Positions 58,672 through 64,000 of a stretch of 64,000 nucleotides of DNA are shown piece by piece. The notes beneath the pieces were generated by a model. It did not search any database. It had not been told where the DNA came from and saw only the letters and a program-made list of their open reading frames with translations. The position numbers were made by a program, and so were the translations under genes. Origin of the DNA: Candidatus Eiseniibacteriota bacterium (lineage in GTDB: Bacteria; Eisenbacteria; RBG-16-71-46; JABDJR01); NCBI GenBank assembly GCA_963783375.1, contig CAWANH010000029.1:416001-480000 (forward strand). The letters run 5' to 3'. Every line of letters begins with the position of its first letter. Positions within the stretch are counted from its first letter, which is position 1.

Positions 58672-60862
58672 ATGCCGCTTACCGCACGCTGCCATAGCCT
58701 TCGCCCCGAACGCCATTCGGGGTGGCTGGCCTTCTTCGAGCTTTCCCCCACGGGCACGCGCTCGGGCCATTTCCTGGTGGTCGGACCTTCCGAGGCCTCG
58801 GGGGAACGGGAACGCGAGGCGGCGCTCCGGGCCGGGCAGGCCGCGGTTCGGTACCTGAAGGAGATCCCCGAGAACGCGCCCGACCTCACGGTCCTGGAGT
58901 CCACCTTCCGGGTGATGAAGCACGAGGCGCGGGCGGCGGGAGTTCAGCTCGAGTTCGGCTGCGCGGTGCTGGACCGCGACCAGCTCTGGTTCCACACCGA
59001 GGGGCGGGTGCGGCTGGTGCCGCTCTCGCCCGAGACCGGACGCCCCCTCGACGCCGAGATCCCCCTGGCCGCTCCGGTGGCCGCGGGGACGCGGTTCTTC
59101 CTCGGCCGGCTTCCCCTGAGCGGAGAGGCGGACCGGGCGTCCCGGGATTTCCTCGCCCGGCTCGAGCACGGCGGGGGTGGGGACGGCGGCCTGGTGATCG
59201 CCTTCGCCGAGGGGCCGGGGCCCCGGGTGGTGGAGGGCGCGCATCGGAGGGAGCCCGCCTCGAGAGCCCGCCGCGGCGCCGGTTTCCGAGCCCCTCCCCG
59301 ACGCTCCCGAGCCCGCCGCCGCGGGCCCCTCCACCCCACCGCCGGCCCCCGAGCCCGACCCCGGCTCAGAGGAGTCCGCTCCGGCGCCCCCGGAGAGTGC
59401 CGCGCCCTTCGACGCCCTGGTGAGCGAGCTTCAGCAGACCTTCACCTTCGACCCCGGGGGGGGAAAGAGCCCGGAGGCCGAATCCGAAGCCCAATCCGGA
59501 GCCGAATCGAAAGCGTGGTCGGATGCGGACGCCGGATCCGAAACCGGCGAGGACAGCGGGCCCGAGGACGACGTTGCTTCCGTCGAGCCGGTCGTTCCGG
59601 AGACGGCTCCGGAGTCCGTCGAACCCTCAGGGATTCCCGCGGAAGCGCCCGCCGGCGTGACTCCCGCCGTTGCGGACCGGGATCTCTACGCGCCCGAGGA
59701 GCGGCGCGGCCTGGGTTTCTGGGTGAGCCTGGTGGCGGCGGCGTTGGCCCTCGCGCTTCTGATCGCCTATTTGGTCGTGGTCCGGCCTCACCTGGGGCGC
59801 AGCGACGGGCCGCCGTCCGGCGCCTCCGCGACGGAGGGGGAATCGGCCCCGAACGTCCAGGCGGAAAACGCTCTTCTCGACCAGGTCACCGCCACCGTGC
59901 TCTGGGAGGACCGCTTCGATCGCCCGATCACCTCCAGTCCGCTGGTGGCCGGAAGCGCGGTCATCTTCGGCTGTCGCGACGGCCGAGTCTACGCCCTGGA
60001 GAAGGACAGCGGGGAACGGCTCTGGGCCTACGCGGCCCCGGAGGGATTCGGATCGTCTCCCGCCGTGTCCGAGAGCACGGTGGTGATCGGCGGGTACGAC
60101 GGCCGGCTCTACGCCCTCGATCTGGCCACCGGCGGCGAGCGCTGGAGCGTGGCCACCTCGGGACGCATCGTGGCTTCTCCCGCGGTGGACGCCGAGCGCG
60201 CGTACGTCGGCTCCTACGATCGAAACCTCTACGCGGTGCGGCTGGACGACGGGCGCGTCCGGTGGAAGCGGGACCTGGGATCGGTGCAGTGGTCGAGTCC
60301 GGTGGTGGCGGGGGAAACGGTGGTTTCCTGCGGGCTGGACGGCAAGGTGTCCGCCCTCGACGCCGCCACCGGCCGGATCCGGTGGGAGGCCCAGGCCGGA
60401 GACGCGATCTACGGCTCGCCGGTGGTGGCCAAGGATCAGCTGGTGGTGGGTTCGGTGGACCACAACCTCTACGCCTTCGACCTGGCCACCGGCGCCGAGA
60501 CCTGGCGCGTGGACCTCGGAAGTCCGGTCAACGGCTCCCCGGCCTACCAGGAGGGACGGGTCGTGGTGGGAACCGGATCCGGAACGGTGTACGGGGTGGA
60601 CCTGGAGCTGGGGAAGACGGTGTGGAAGGTCCCCACCGGGGGCAAGGTGAAGAGCCGCCCCGCCTTCTTCGGGCGCACGGTCTGGGTGAGCGGCTACGAC
60701 GGCTTCCTTCACGGGATCGAATGGCTCACCGGGTCCGAGGCCGCCCGGATCGAGGTCGACTCCTCGATGTACTCGTCCCCCGCGGTGGAGAATGGAACCG
60801 CTTATCTCGGGGCGATGGACGGTCGGTTTCTCGCCGTCCGGCTGGGGCTCAAGGCATCCTGA
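58672..60862 (+). CDS. Bitopic membrane protein with C-terminal PQQ/BamB-like beta-propeller (apparent frameshift about 59250-59420)
   Basis: SSPxV...GSxD..LYALD..TG..RW repeats after TM LGFWVSLVAAALALALLIAYLVVV; N-terminal domain in another frame. Confidence 0.75.
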
Positions 60863-60948
60863 CCCCGAAGGGATCCGGGCGGGGAACCGGCCCCGCGGCG
60901 GGAAGGCCGGGGCGCTCCCGGGGTAGAAGGGGGGGGCAGGCCCGAGTC

Positions 60949-60977
60949 TTGCCGGCACCCACCGACTTTGCTAAGTT
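60949..60977 (+). promoter_or_regulatory. sigma70-type promoter for secA
   Basis: TTGCCG-N17-TAAGTT with TG extension. Confidence 0.5.
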
Positions 60978-61036
60978 AGACTGTTTGCGACTTTTGCGGC
61001 GGTTCACCGTCCCACGTTCAGGAGAACGAGAAGCCC

Positions 61037-64000
<2,964 letters not shown>

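Overview
A 64 kb stretch of core chromosome from a high-GC (roughly 70%) diderm bacterium, almost all on the + strand. In order: scpAB, an aromatic/translation cluster (pheA, hisC, aroA, cmk, rpsA, mtaB, miaB, lapAB, SPOR-TPR, mutS), secreted proteases with FlgD/T9SS-like C-terminal domains, trxA, a methyltransferase-bshC-bshB1-bshA bacillithiol operon, pgeF, GT39-TPR, PAP2, sppA, PilZ, a PorV-like barrel, a glgD/glgC pair, MltD, a BON-like/TPR/PEGA cluster, comEC, an NHL lipoprotein, purN-purC-purH, guaA, Slt, a beta-propeller membrane protein and secA (runs off the end). The gene mix suggests an FCB-related candidate lineage such as Eisenbacteria, Krumholzibacteriota or Latescibacterota; this is inference only. 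I saw no rRNA, tRNA, CRISPR array or mobile element. About 49.5-59.4 kb carries many frameshifts that look like sequencing errors. Most notable: (1) three intergenic promoter-bounded structured RNAs that I cannot assign to a family, one displaying a 16S anti-Shine-Dalgarno mimic in a loop, one sigma54-driven, and one with alternative folds upstream of PilZ; (2) a methyltransferase coupled to the bacillithiol genes; (3) a PheA with a degenerate dehydratase site beside an unknown Rossmann-fold gene; (4) a T9SS-like sorting signal shared by three proteases; (5) a possible pseudo-PP2C/beta-propeller receptor. All calls are by motif recognition; no searches were run.
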